Positions 1 through 7,842 of a stretch of DNA of 64,000 nt are shown here, one piece after another. Position 1 is the first letter of the stretch. The number at the start of each line of letters is the position of its first letter. Made by a program: the position numbers and the translations under genes. Below the pieces are notes generated by a model. The model searched no databases, had not been told where the DNA came from, and saw only the letters and a program-made list of their open reading frames with translations. Where the stretch lies: the sequence record OM728297.1. One strand, given 5' to 3'.

Positions 1-94
1 CTTTTGTTTCATCATATAATTCATCGATTTTTTCTAATTCATTCTGAAGAATACTTAATTCTTTAGAAATATCGATATTAATATTATCAGCCAT
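1..94 (-). CDS. 5' part of a late gene running off the window (MADNINIDISKELSILQNELEKIDELYDETK...)
   Basis: Manual translation; AGGAGTGA RBS; late promoter motif at 123..134. Confidence 0.75.
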   Translation of the reverse strand, partial: MADNINIDISKELSILQNELEKIDELYDETK

Positions 95-122
95 TTTCTA
101 TCACTCCTATAATATTTAATAC

Positions 123-134
123 TAATATAATGTT
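123..134 (-). promoter_or_regulatory. Late (nvRNAP-type) promoter AACA-N6-TA
   Basis: Minus strand AACA ttatat TA; matches the AR9 late consensus as I recall it. Confidence 0.7.
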
Positions 135-153
135 CCGTATCAAAAAGATTTTC

Positions 154-166
154 AAGTATATATTAT
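154..166 (+). promoter_or_regulatory. Early (vRNAP-type) promoter motif AAGTATATATTAT
   Basis: One mismatch to the AAATATATATTAT motif found upstream of five other + strand units. Confidence 0.6.
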
Positions 167-487
167 TACTGTGACGATATCGAAGTAATAGAATTTCGTC
201 ATAATTCCTACGGTATCATTGTAGGGTAATTTTCTTAGATATTGTTCATTTACACGGACTCAAACATGTGCCCGTAGCTGTAACAATAAGAAACACAAAA
301 ACTAGTAATAAATAAGGTAATAAAAGAATGGTTGGAAAGACAAAAATATTCATCAGGCTACATACCACGAAAAGTGTATTGAACGAATGACAATACCCAC
401 CTAGTGATTATAGCAAGATCTTTCACCATTCTCCGTATCCTTATAAAGAGAAAAAGGATTTTTTTAAAATGGAGAGGAGAATACGCT

Positions 488-568
488 ATGACAAACACAG
501 TTGAGAAAAATGATTGTCTGGGAAAATTCCCTATTGATGCAGTAAGAATTAGAAGTTCTATTATTTAA
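488..568 (+). CDS. 26-aa micro-ORF MTNTVEKNDCLGKFPIDAVRIRSSII
   Basis: Strong RBS GGAGAGGAG about 8 nt upstream of ATG; below the ORF-track cutoff. Confidence 0.45.
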   Translation: MTNTVEKNDCLGKFPIDAVRIRSSII

Positions 569-590
569 ACATATACGACGACTACTTTTA

Positions 591-628
591 CTATGGGTGG
601 GGGCAACCCCACCCATAGGGCTTTTTTT
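591..628 (+). terminator. Intrinsic terminator, 12-bp GC-rich stem with GCAA loop and T-run
   Basis: CTATGGGTGGGG-GCAA-CCCCACCCATAG followed by ggcttttttt. Confidence 0.85.
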
Positions 629-677
629 GGTCAATGTATAACGATTTCGTCAAAATACTTAATGGGGAGGTTTTTGA

Positions 678-1451
678 TTGAATTGGTTTAAAAGAATGTT
701 TATGGCAAAGGAGAAGGATAAGGAAATTGATTCACTAAGAAGGATGGTTGAACAGAGTAATGAAACTATTAAACTCATGGATGGTGTCATAAAAAGATTA
801 GAGGATAATATGACTAAATCCAGACAAGAATCAGCAGCAACTCTTCAGGAAGAAAAAGAATATCAAGATCAAATGAAATTGGAATCAGAAAGGATGCGGG
901 AATATGAATATATTCAAAATGCTCAAAAAGTTGTTTCTACTTATTTAACTAAATATCTAGATCGTTTTAATCTAATTGAAAATCGTTTTTCACTTGCTCA
1001 TAATATAGATCTTCTTTCTAATTCTGATGACTTAATGTTTAAAATTGTACAAATGATTAAATTGTCTAAGACCAGTGTTGAATTTGCTACTGTTTGGAAC
1101 AATCATGTTATAAGAATTAGTATTGATAATGATGAAGATGATGTATATTATAGTATTAATGGTGGAAAAAATCTAAGTTCCGACATTGTAGGAACCAAAT
1201 TTCTTACTAAATTTAAGAAGGACATCCAATTAGATATATTAAATTTTCCATGTGTTCAGACAAATAAGATTTACGAAGTAACTGGTAAGAAGTACAAGTA
1301 TGTCTTAGCTAACTCAAGAAGAGAATGTTATTATATACTTAAAGATAAAGAGATGAAAACAAAAATAAAAGAAGTTAGTTTTGTTGAACCAAGTGCATAT
1401 ACACGTTCTATTAGATCTAGATTAGTATATGTAGTGCCTCATCAAACTTAA
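678..1451 (+). CDS. Hypothetical protein with N-terminal coiled coil
   Basis: ORF track; GGGGAGG RBS with TTG start; charged helical N-terminus. Confidence 0.8.
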   Translation: MNWFKRMFMAKEKDKEIDSLRRMVEQSNETIKLMDGVIKRLEDNMTKSRQESAATLQEEKEYQDQMKLESERMREYEYIQNAQKVVSTYLTKYLDRFNLIENRFSLAHNIDLLSNSDDLMFKIVQMIKLSKTSVEFATVWNNHVIRISIDNDEDDVYYSINGGKNLSSDIVGTKFLTKFKKDIQLDILNFPCVQTNKIYEVTGKKYKYVLANSRRECYYILKDKEMKTKIKEVSFVEPSAYTRSIRSRLVYVVPHQT

Positions 1452-1458
1452 TGCTTAT

Positions 1459-1498
1459 AAGAGTAAAGTCTTTTATAGACTTTACTCTTTTTTTTTTT
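1459..1498. terminator. Bidirectional terminator
   Basis: AAGAGTAAAGTC/GACTTTACTCTT stem and T-run between convergent genes. Confidence 0.8.
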
Positions 1499-1499
1499 G

Positions 1500-1679
1500 T
1501 TAATAACGTTTGATATCTAATAATAAGTATTGATTATTTTTATAAAGAAAATTTGAATATTGTTTTACTTTAAAACCAAATCTTTGTAATAGCCAGCAAG
1601 GGAAAGAAATAATAAACATTAACAAAATTAGTATAATTAACAATAGTCCTTCCAATAAATTTATCTTAAAACCCCACAT
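1500..1679 (-). CDS. Small membrane protein, 59 aa (MWGFKINLLEGLLLIILILLMFIISFPCWLL...)
   Basis: Manual translation; GGAGG RBS; one hydrophobic helix; directly downstream of the vRNAP beta' gene. Confidence 0.65.
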   Translation of the reverse strand: MWGFKINLLEGLLLIILILLMFIISFPCWLLQRFGFKVKQYSNFLYKNNQYLLLDIKRY

Positions 1680-1690
1680 AGAAATCCTCC

Positions 1691-3202
1691 TTATTCTCTA
1701 GTTAGAGAATAAATTGCTTGTATTGCTTCATTCCCAATTTGACGAGAGTTTCGTCCCATTTGGTCTAACATATTCTTCTTTTCCCATATTAGTCGTTCTG
1801 CTTCTTCATTAGCTTCTTTACTAAATACTCCACGTAGAGATACTGTATCACCATCATAATCTCCTCCTAATGCTTTTAAATAACCATTATAAGGAATTAC
1901 TGTGTCTACAAACAATTCATCTTCAGCAGGATAGTCAGGATAAACTACAGGATAATCAGGGAGATAACGATCTTCTAATTTTTGTGGCTTAGTTTCTTTT
2001 GTTGAAAGAATTCTTATTTTACTTGGATAAATATTCTGATACTGTTCTATTGGATAACGAGTTACATATACATGTTTATCTTTGGTAATATCAACTGCCG
2101 CAATGAATAGAATATCAGTTAATGTAAAGTTACGTCCTAGTTCTTCTCTATATAATGGAATAGGAATTTCATTCCCCTTATCATCTTTAATCATTAAACT
2201 ATTAAAACGACTTTCAATAGACTTAATGTATAATGAGATCATCTTTTTTACTGCTTCTTCAGAGAACTGCTCTCTTATATTACTGATAGTTATCTCTTTT
2301 CCATTATGCTTAAATTTACTAAGTTCTGATTCACGTTCAAGAATATAATCTTGGATATATTTAAGAAAGAATGGATAAAATTCTACCACTAATTGTGATA
2401 GGGGAATACCTGTCCATCCAAATCTAATAGGGTTATCCTTCCAGCTATTTGACTTAAATCGTGGTGCTGAGATTACACTACGAGTTGCATAATCAACAGA
2501 TTTACCTAAAGAGTTTTGATGGAACATACCATTTTTACCAGCTAAAGAGGATGTAAAATAGTCATAGATATCATATAAAAGAGTCTGAATAGATGATTCT
2601 GTTATTACTCCCATAAAATCATAATCTTCACCCTTAGAAATTGATTGGCTATACCTAATTAATTTAGCATATTTATCATTCACTTCATCAACAGCTTTAA
2701 TCGTATCATTAGAAGATTTTGAGGGATTATAATCTCTATAAAACGCTGGAATCACTAAATATTTGTCAATAAATATATCATCCTTACCAAGTTTATTTAA
2801 TAATGTAAGATAACTTGTTCGTCTATCAGTTCCAGTATTACTAAATTTTAATTGGTCGTAAATAGTATAAAAATAGGTAACTCCAGTTTTACCATTATCT
2901 TTATCTTCAACTAACTTGCCGCCCTCAACTTTAAAATATTTTTTTCCAGATAGACAATCTGCAATTTTTCGATCCATAGAGGTTAGAAGCTTATAAATTA
3001 CTGGATGGAGAAATTTTCTCTTTAAGTCTATATAACCGAAAATTATTTTTCTTTCTTTACTTCCCGGATAACCAAAAATACTAGTTGAAAATAATCCATC
3101 TTCAGTTGGTATATTTCCCATATTAAAGTAAACCGGATTTGTTACTTCTTTACATGCATGAGAAGTAATAAATTTATCTATATTTAATGTATCTATTTTC
3201 AT
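1691..3202 (-). CDS. rpoC: Virion RNA polymerase beta'-like subunit, N-terminal/catalytic part
   Basis: DGLFSTSIFG, GKSVDYATRSVI (cf. GKRVDYSGRSVI), VTRYP and GGDYDGD catalytic motif; late promoter upstream. Confidence 0.92.
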   Translation of the reverse strand: MKIDTLNIDKFITSHACKEVTNPVYFNMGNIPTEDGLFSTSIFGYPGSKERKIIFGYIDLKRKFLHPVIYKLLTSMDRKIADCLSGKKYFKVEGGKLVEDKDNGKTGVTYFYTIYDQLKFSNTGTDRRTSYLTLLNKLGKDDIFIDKYLVIPAFYRDYNPSKSSNDTIKAVDEVNDKYAKLIRYSQSISKGEDYDFMGVITESSIQTLLYDIYDYFTSSLAGKNGMFHQNSLGKSVDYATRSVISAPRFKSNSWKDNPIRFGWTGIPLSQLVVEFYPFFLKYIQDYILERESELSKFKHNGKEITISNIREQFSEEAVKKMISLYIKSIESRFNSLMIKDDKGNEIPIPLYREELGRNFTLTDILFIAAVDITKDKHVYVTRYPIEQYQNIYPSKIRILSTKETKPQKLEDRYLPDYPVVYPDYPAEDELFVDTVIPYNGYLKALGGDYDGDTVSLRGVFSKEANEEAERLIWEKKNMLDQMGRNSRQIGNEAIQAIYSLTRE

Positions 3203-3223
3203 TTAATTTCCCTCCTACTATTA

Positions 3224-3235
3224 TAATAATTTGTT
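3224..3235 (-). promoter_or_regulatory. Late promoter AACA-aattat-TA for the vRNAP beta' gene
   Basis: Motif just upstream of the GGAGGG RBS. Confidence 0.75.
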
Positions 3236-3289
3236 AACGGTTTAAGAGAAATGAACAAAAAAAAATATGAAGGGATTAACCTTCATATT

Positions 3290-3553
3290 TTATTTAAATT
3301 CAATTTTTTCATTTCCCAATGGCATAATTCTAATACTGTTACTGACTGAGTCGTTTACAATAATACAATCAATTGATCTATTATCTTTTAAATAAATTAG
3401 TCTTTTAATAAGAGTTGGTTTTTTAGGATCAGACATTTTATTTAATGTATCAAGCTTATTTATTACATCTTTAGTAGTTACTCCGCATAATAATTCTGAT
3501 TTTTTATATCCTTTAACAATAGTTAAATAAAAGTTTTCATTTAGGTATTTCAT
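3290..3553 (-). CDS. Hypothetical protein
   Basis: ORF track; followed by a hairpin at 3262..3291. Confidence 0.65.
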   Translation of the reverse strand: MKYLNENFYLTIVKGYKKSELLCGVTTKDVINKLDTLNKMSDPKKPTLIKRLIYLKDNRSIDCIIVNDSVSNSIRIMPLGNEKIEFK

Positions 3554-3581
3554 ATATTAGTCCTTTTTATTATATTTTTGA

Positions 3582-4043
3582 TCAATGATTATATGATTCA
3601 ATTGTTACTGAAATCTCTTTAATTCCAAAGCTTTTAATAGTATTTTTAATTCTTTCAAATTGTTCATCAATATTATCAATATTAATATCTTGGATGTTTA
3701 AACTTATAGAACCACTATCAAATTTCTTTTCAATTGGTTTATTTAAAGATTCATTAACTATGTGAGTTGGTGTAATTCCCTTTACATTATCCTTTTCTTC
3801 TGTATAATTTAAAGGTTTTCTAACTCCATATCTAATTTCTTCTTCTGGAGTCATTTTTCTAGTGATTACCTCACCATGCATACTTTCTTTTCGTGGTCTC
3901 TTACCTCTAATTTTTGAACCATGATATTGTACTGTTTGATATTTTACCCCAGTCTTTTTAGAAATATCAGAATAAGACAGATCAGTCTCTCCAATTAATC
4001 TTTTTGCTTCTTCAATATTATATTGTCCATTCTCTCTTCCCAT
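3582..4043 (-). CDS. Helix-turn-helix DNA-binding protein
   Basis: N-terminal LSYSDISKKTGVKYQTVQYH HTH pattern; late motif at 4073..4084. Confidence 0.65.
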   Translation of the reverse strand: MGRENGQYNIEEAKRLIGETDLSYSDISKKTGVKYQTVQYHGSKIRGKRPRKESMHGEVITRKMTPEEEIRYGVRKPLNYTEEKDNVKGITPTHIVNESLNKPIEKKFDSGSISLNIQDINIDNIDEQFERIKNTIKSFGIKEISVTIESYNH

Positions 4044-4093
4044 TATTTTTCCCCATTTCTATTTAATATTTATATAGTTTTGTTTCTCAAATT

Positions 4094-4315
4094 TTATAAT
4101 TCTTTAAATAAAAGATAAAATAAAATAATAATGATTATTAAAATAATTCCAAAGGGAATGTATATAATAGGATCACTTAAATGAAGAATTGTACTACTTT
4201 TATCATCTTCATAGAGGTAGTTAACAGGGTGTATAGGACTTAATAAATTATTTGGACTGGTAGGATTTAAAGGACTTGTTGGATTAGCAGGATTTAATTG
4301 ACTAGGTGGATTCAT
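4094..4315 (-). CDS. Small membrane protein with Pro/Asn-rich N-terminus (NPANPTSPLNP repeats)
   Basis: Start revised to ATG 4315 after the AAAGGAG RBS; C-terminal transmembrane helix. Confidence 0.7.
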   Translation of the reverse strand: MNPPSQLNPANPTSPLNPTSPNNLLSPIHPVNYLYEDDKSSTILHLSDPIIYIPFGIILIIIIILFYLLFKEL

Positions 4316-4379
4316 CTTATTCTCTCCTTTGTAGACAAAAAATAAAAACATAAGAGACTTATAAGTCTCTTATGTCATT

Positions 4380-5105
4380 TTATACTGCTTTCTCTTCTGT
4401 TTCTGGTCTTTCAATGATTACATATGGAACTGCATTAAATCCTTTTTTCATGAGATTTTCATTAAAGCCATCAATATCTTTATTGTTATAACCAGTTGAT
4501 GGAATATAAATATCTACTTCTTCAAAACCATCATTACAATTTTCCACAATATCATTGATATTTGATAATTCATCTTCTACAATCATTTTTACATTCTTTA
4601 GATTCTTGATATAATCTGATTTCTTTTCATTTTTCCCAACAAAAATAATCTCTACTTTATTAGAATTTAAGAAAGTTTCAATAAATTTTCTTTTTCCTTC
4701 TTTGGTTCCTTCACTTGTTCTTGTTACAACGTAGATTTTATCTACGAATTTTTGTAATGATAATTTATAAATTCCTTCACACATTTTAGTTGGCATACAA
4801 TCTTCATAAAATTCATCGTTATCATATAATGAATAAAATCTTTCAAATAATTCTTTTTCTTCTTCATCTGATAATACAAGATTTTCTTTTCTTAACCATT
4901 TATTTAAATGAAATTCTGGACGTGATAGTACTGTTTGATAATGTTCAAATGTACCAAATTCCAATCCTTCTAGTTTACTTAAATCAAAGTATTTTCCAAA
5001 ATAATCAGCATTTTGCTGAATCTTATGAACCCATAAAGGACTAATGTCAGTTAATACCTCATCGCAGTCTGTAACAATTGAAAATGGTTCTTTAATAGAA
5101 AACAT
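4380..5105 (-). CDS. HAD-superfamily 5'(3')-deoxyribonucleotidase-like protein
   Basis: N-terminal VTDCDEVLTD (DxD), VVT, K and IVEDE motifs of HAD/NT5C phosphatases. Confidence 0.75.
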   Translation of the reverse strand: MFSIKEPFSIVTDCDEVLTDISPLWVHKIQQNADYFGKYFDLSKLEGLEFGTFEHYQTVLSRPEFHLNKWLRKENLVLSDEEEKELFERFYSLYDNDEFYEDCMPTKMCEGIYKLSLQKFVDKIYVVTRTSEGTKEGKRKFIETFLNSNKVEIIFVGKNEKKSDYIKNLKNVKMIVEDELSNINDIVENCNDGFEEVDIYIPSTGYNNKDIDGFNENLMKKGFNAVPYVIIERPETEEKAV

Positions 5106-5184
5106 TAAATCCTCTCCCTGTAATTATAATATGCACGAAGGAATATTAGAATAATACCATTATATTCTAATAATATAAATGCTT

Positions 5185-7137
5185 TTAGAATGTTAAGATA
5201 TTGGTTGGAAATTGTGTCTGTTTAGTTGTTTCTAGTATTTTAAATCCTAAAGATTCTAACATAATCATACCACTCTTAATATGGTCGTTAACCATTGTTT
5301 CAATATCAATAAATGGAGTAACCCACTCAGGTAATTTTTTGATTGATTTTGGTAGACACAGGATTGTAAAACCATACTTAGAAAGATTTTCATTATCATA
5401 AATAGTTTCTTTAATAGTTTTATAGACATCCATTGGTATTTTACCTGCTAAATCGTTTAAACTCTCAGTTGTCAATTTAATCAGATTTACTTTGGTAGGT
5501 AACACAATTTCATTATCAGGAAATAATTCATTCCAAATAATAGTTCCTCTAATAGATTGCATTGCATAAGGATTAGCATATGATTCAATTTCATTAGCCT
5601 TAGATGGTAGAGTATAAGTAATTTCTCCATTCATTAGCGAATTAGCAATTTCATTTTGTAAATGAACAAAGTTCCCAAATACTTTACTTAAATCAATTTT
5701 ATCAGAAGATAAAATATTTTCATCTAGCATGTCAGTAAAGTAGTCTCTTACATTTTTGTTTACACTTACTTTTCTAATAGCTAAACCCTTAATATCAAGT
5801 TTAGGCTTTTCGAACATACGTCCTTCTTGCATGATTAATTTACCAGCATAACTCTTCTTATTACGAGTAAGCATTAGACGTTTATAGAAAAACTCATTTT
5901 TCATATTAATAATAGGACGTTTTTCAGAAGGAATATTTAATTCAGATGTCATTTTCCAATAAACATTTTCAATTACCTTTGCTAATAAATATGATGCAAT
6001 ATTAACAACACTTACTTTACCTTCATCTGTCTCGTCTACATTATCTGGGTAATTTTCTTTTAAGTATTTATAAAATGGATCTAACATTAAGAAGTTTGAG
6101 TCAGTATCTACTACTAATACTGTTTGTCTCTTTTCATTCTCTGCATTTTCATAACGATAGAAACTTAAATGATTATATAAAACCCATTCTTGAATATATG
6201 TCCATAACATTTCTAGTGAATCTTTAATATCTTTAGGTGGATCATTTGGATCTAAAAATTCTTTATTAATTACTTTTCCTAAAAGATTAGAGATCTCATT
6301 ATTGCCTAAGAATTCATAAAGATTATTTTTGTAATAAATTTTGTTAAGTGTTTGTTGATCCATTCTCTCGATAATATCTGAGAGAACTTTTACATCTGAA
6401 TCATTTCTATTTCTCCATTTACGTAGGAGATATTGTAATAATTCTCCGCTTTCAATATTTCTATTAATAATATGTGTATATACATATTTCTGTTCTTGAA
6501 TGTTATTAATGTATAAAAGAACGTCATTTAGATTTTCAAAGTGAAAGTTATTAGACATAAAATTCTCGAATGCATTTACAGCAGTCGTAATAATAATTAC
6601 ACCACTATATGTAATACTTGGACCAAAGTTTTGATTAAAGAAGATACTATTTTTCTCAACTGTTGCTCCATAAAATGAGTTAGCAAGAAGTTTAAAGGTT
6701 TTTTGCATTAAGTCTAGATTATTATATTCTGTTCTATCTTCATCATTAACATGCTCAAACATTTCTTTTTTTACTTTCTTACGTGATACCAGTAGATAAT
6801 CAACCATATCAGAAAGTAAATTTACACCTTCATTATGTTTTCTATAGAATGCTCCGTAACCAGTAATTATTGGCTTCTTTTCTTCTAACCATTCAGTAAT
6901 ACTTAATAAATTTTTTACACTTTTTTGCTCACCATCGTTAAATACAACATTTTTACCCTGAATAGTACTATTAATTTCCTTGTCTAAGAATTCTTCAATC
7001 TCTTCTTCACTAATATTAGGAAATGAAAGAAGTAATTGTTTCTTTGCCTGTTCTTTATATTTTTCTAAGAAATTTGGATATGAATTTACATAATTTTTAG
7101 TTTCCTGCAAATTTTTCTCCTCCCAAGTATTTATCAA
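5185..7137 (-). CDS. Family B DNA polymerase, C-terminal part (split gene)
   Basis: KLLANSFYG (motif B), VVDTDS (motif C), KKSYAG, KGL; motif A and Exo motifs not seen. Confidence 0.9.
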   Translation of the reverse strand: MINTWEEKNLQETKNYVNSYPNFLEKYKEQAKKQLLLSFPNISEEEIEEFLDKEINSTIQGKNVVFNDGEQKSVKNLLSITEWLEEKKPIITGYGAFYRKHNEGVNLLSDMVDYLLVSRKKVKKEMFEHVNDEDRTEYNNLDLMQKTFKLLANSFYGATVEKNSIFFNQNFGPSITYSGVIIITTAVNAFENFMSNNFHFENLNDVLLYINNIQEQKYVYTHIINRNIESGELLQYLLRKWRNRNDSDVKVLSDIIERMDQQTLNKIYYKNNLYEFLGNNEISNLLGKVINKEFLDPNDPPKDIKDSLEMLWTYIQEWVLYNHLSFYRYENAENEKRQTVLVVDTDSNFLMLDPFYKYLKENYPDNVDETDEGKVSVVNIASYLLAKVIENVYWKMTSELNIPSEKRPIINMKNEFFYKRLMLTRNKKSYAGKLIMQEGRMFEKPKLDIKGLAIRKVSVNKNVRDYFTDMLDENILSSDKIDLSKVFGNFVHLQNEIANSLMNGEITYTLPSKANEIESYANPYAMQSIRGTIIWNELFPDNEIVLPTKVNLIKLTTESLNDLAGKIPMDVYKTIKETIYDNENLSKYGFTILCLPKSIKKLPEWVTPFIDIETMVNDHIKSGMIMLESLGFKILETTKQTQFPTNILTF

Positions 7138-7224
7138 TTTTTAGTTATCATTTCTCTTAAAAATATCTAAGATTAAAAATAACTAATCAATATAATAATA
7201 TATTTTTAAAAAGAGTTTTATTTA

Positions 7225-7269
7225 AACAATTAAATATAAAAGTATTTATTTCAAATAAACATTAAATTA
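7225..7269 (+). promoter_or_regulatory. Two tandem late promoters (AACA-N6-TA at 7225..7236 and 7258..7269)
   Basis: AACA attaaa TA and AACA ttaaat TA. Confidence 0.75.
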
Positions 7270-7297
7270 TATTAATCTGAAAGGAAAGTGATTTTCA

Positions 7298-7597
7298 ATG
7301 TCATCATTCTTCAACTTACTCACTGAGTCAAATACTAGTGATATTATTCTTGAGCAAACTTTTCAAGAAGCTAACGTAGTTCGTATGGATAAACAAACTC
7401 TTAAAAAACGTTTGCTTACTCAGGCTACACTATTAGCGGCTAAAGATGCTAACGATCCAATTTATCAAAAATATGTTAAAGCGGCTAAACAAAAACGCCA
7501 TTTCCGTTCTCAAATTCAACAAAAATATGGCGCTAAAGGTCAAGCTAAAGTCCGTGAGTTCCTTAAACAGCAACAACAAGCTAAACAAGCTCGTTAA
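7298..7597 (+). CDS. Probable abundant virion head/internal protein
   Basis: Tandem late promoters; GCT/CGT-rich codons; L-x-E sites in the N-terminus and a basic remainder. Confidence 0.65.
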   Translation: MSSFFNLLTESNTSDIILEQTFQEANVVRMDKQTLKKRLLTQATLLAAKDANDPIYQKYVKAAKQKRHFRSQIQQKYGAKGQAKVREFLKQQQQAKQAR

Positions 7598-7676
7598 TTT
7601 TCGGATCATAGAAATATGAATGAGAAAGATTACTATTAATGTAATCAGATTTGAAAGTGAAGAATAATTTTAAATT

Positions 7677-7708
7677 ATCCTTAAGATCTTTAATAAGATC
7701 TTAAGGAT
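7677..7708. terminator. Hairpin terminator
   Basis: ATCCTTAAGATCTT-taat-AAGATCTTAAGGAT. Confidence 0.7.
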
Positions 7709-7775
7709 ACTTATATGCCGTTTACATATAATACTTAGTTATTTTTAAGATATTAAAAAACATAAAAAGTGATGT

Positions 7776-7788
7776 AAATATATATTAT
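7776..7788 (+). promoter_or_regulatory. Early promoter AAATATATATTAT for the nvRNAP gene
   Basis: Exact motif about 55 nt upstream of the TTG start. Confidence 0.8.
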
Positions 7789-7842
7789 TAACTTGTATTT
7801 TTCCATGTTTCATGTTATAATTAATCAACGGAGGGATCATCA

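Larger units (their letters stand above)
168..628 (+). ncRNA. Candidate structured leader/small RNA with two micro-ORFs
   Basis: No long ORF; several stems (cctac/gtagg, aatggt-gaaaga/tctttc-accatt, attctcc/ggagaat); bounded by an early promoter and a strong hairpin. Confidence 0.45.

Noticed and set aside
168-628. tmRNA, RNase P RNA, 6S RNA or tRNA identity for the structured region
   Set aside because: No tRNA-like acceptor ends, RNase P core motifs or cloverleaf seen by eye; a covariance search is still needed.
7616-7670. Short ORFs after the 7298 gene (e.g. MRKITINVIRFESEE)
   Set aside because: No RBS; lies in a 3' UTR before a terminator.
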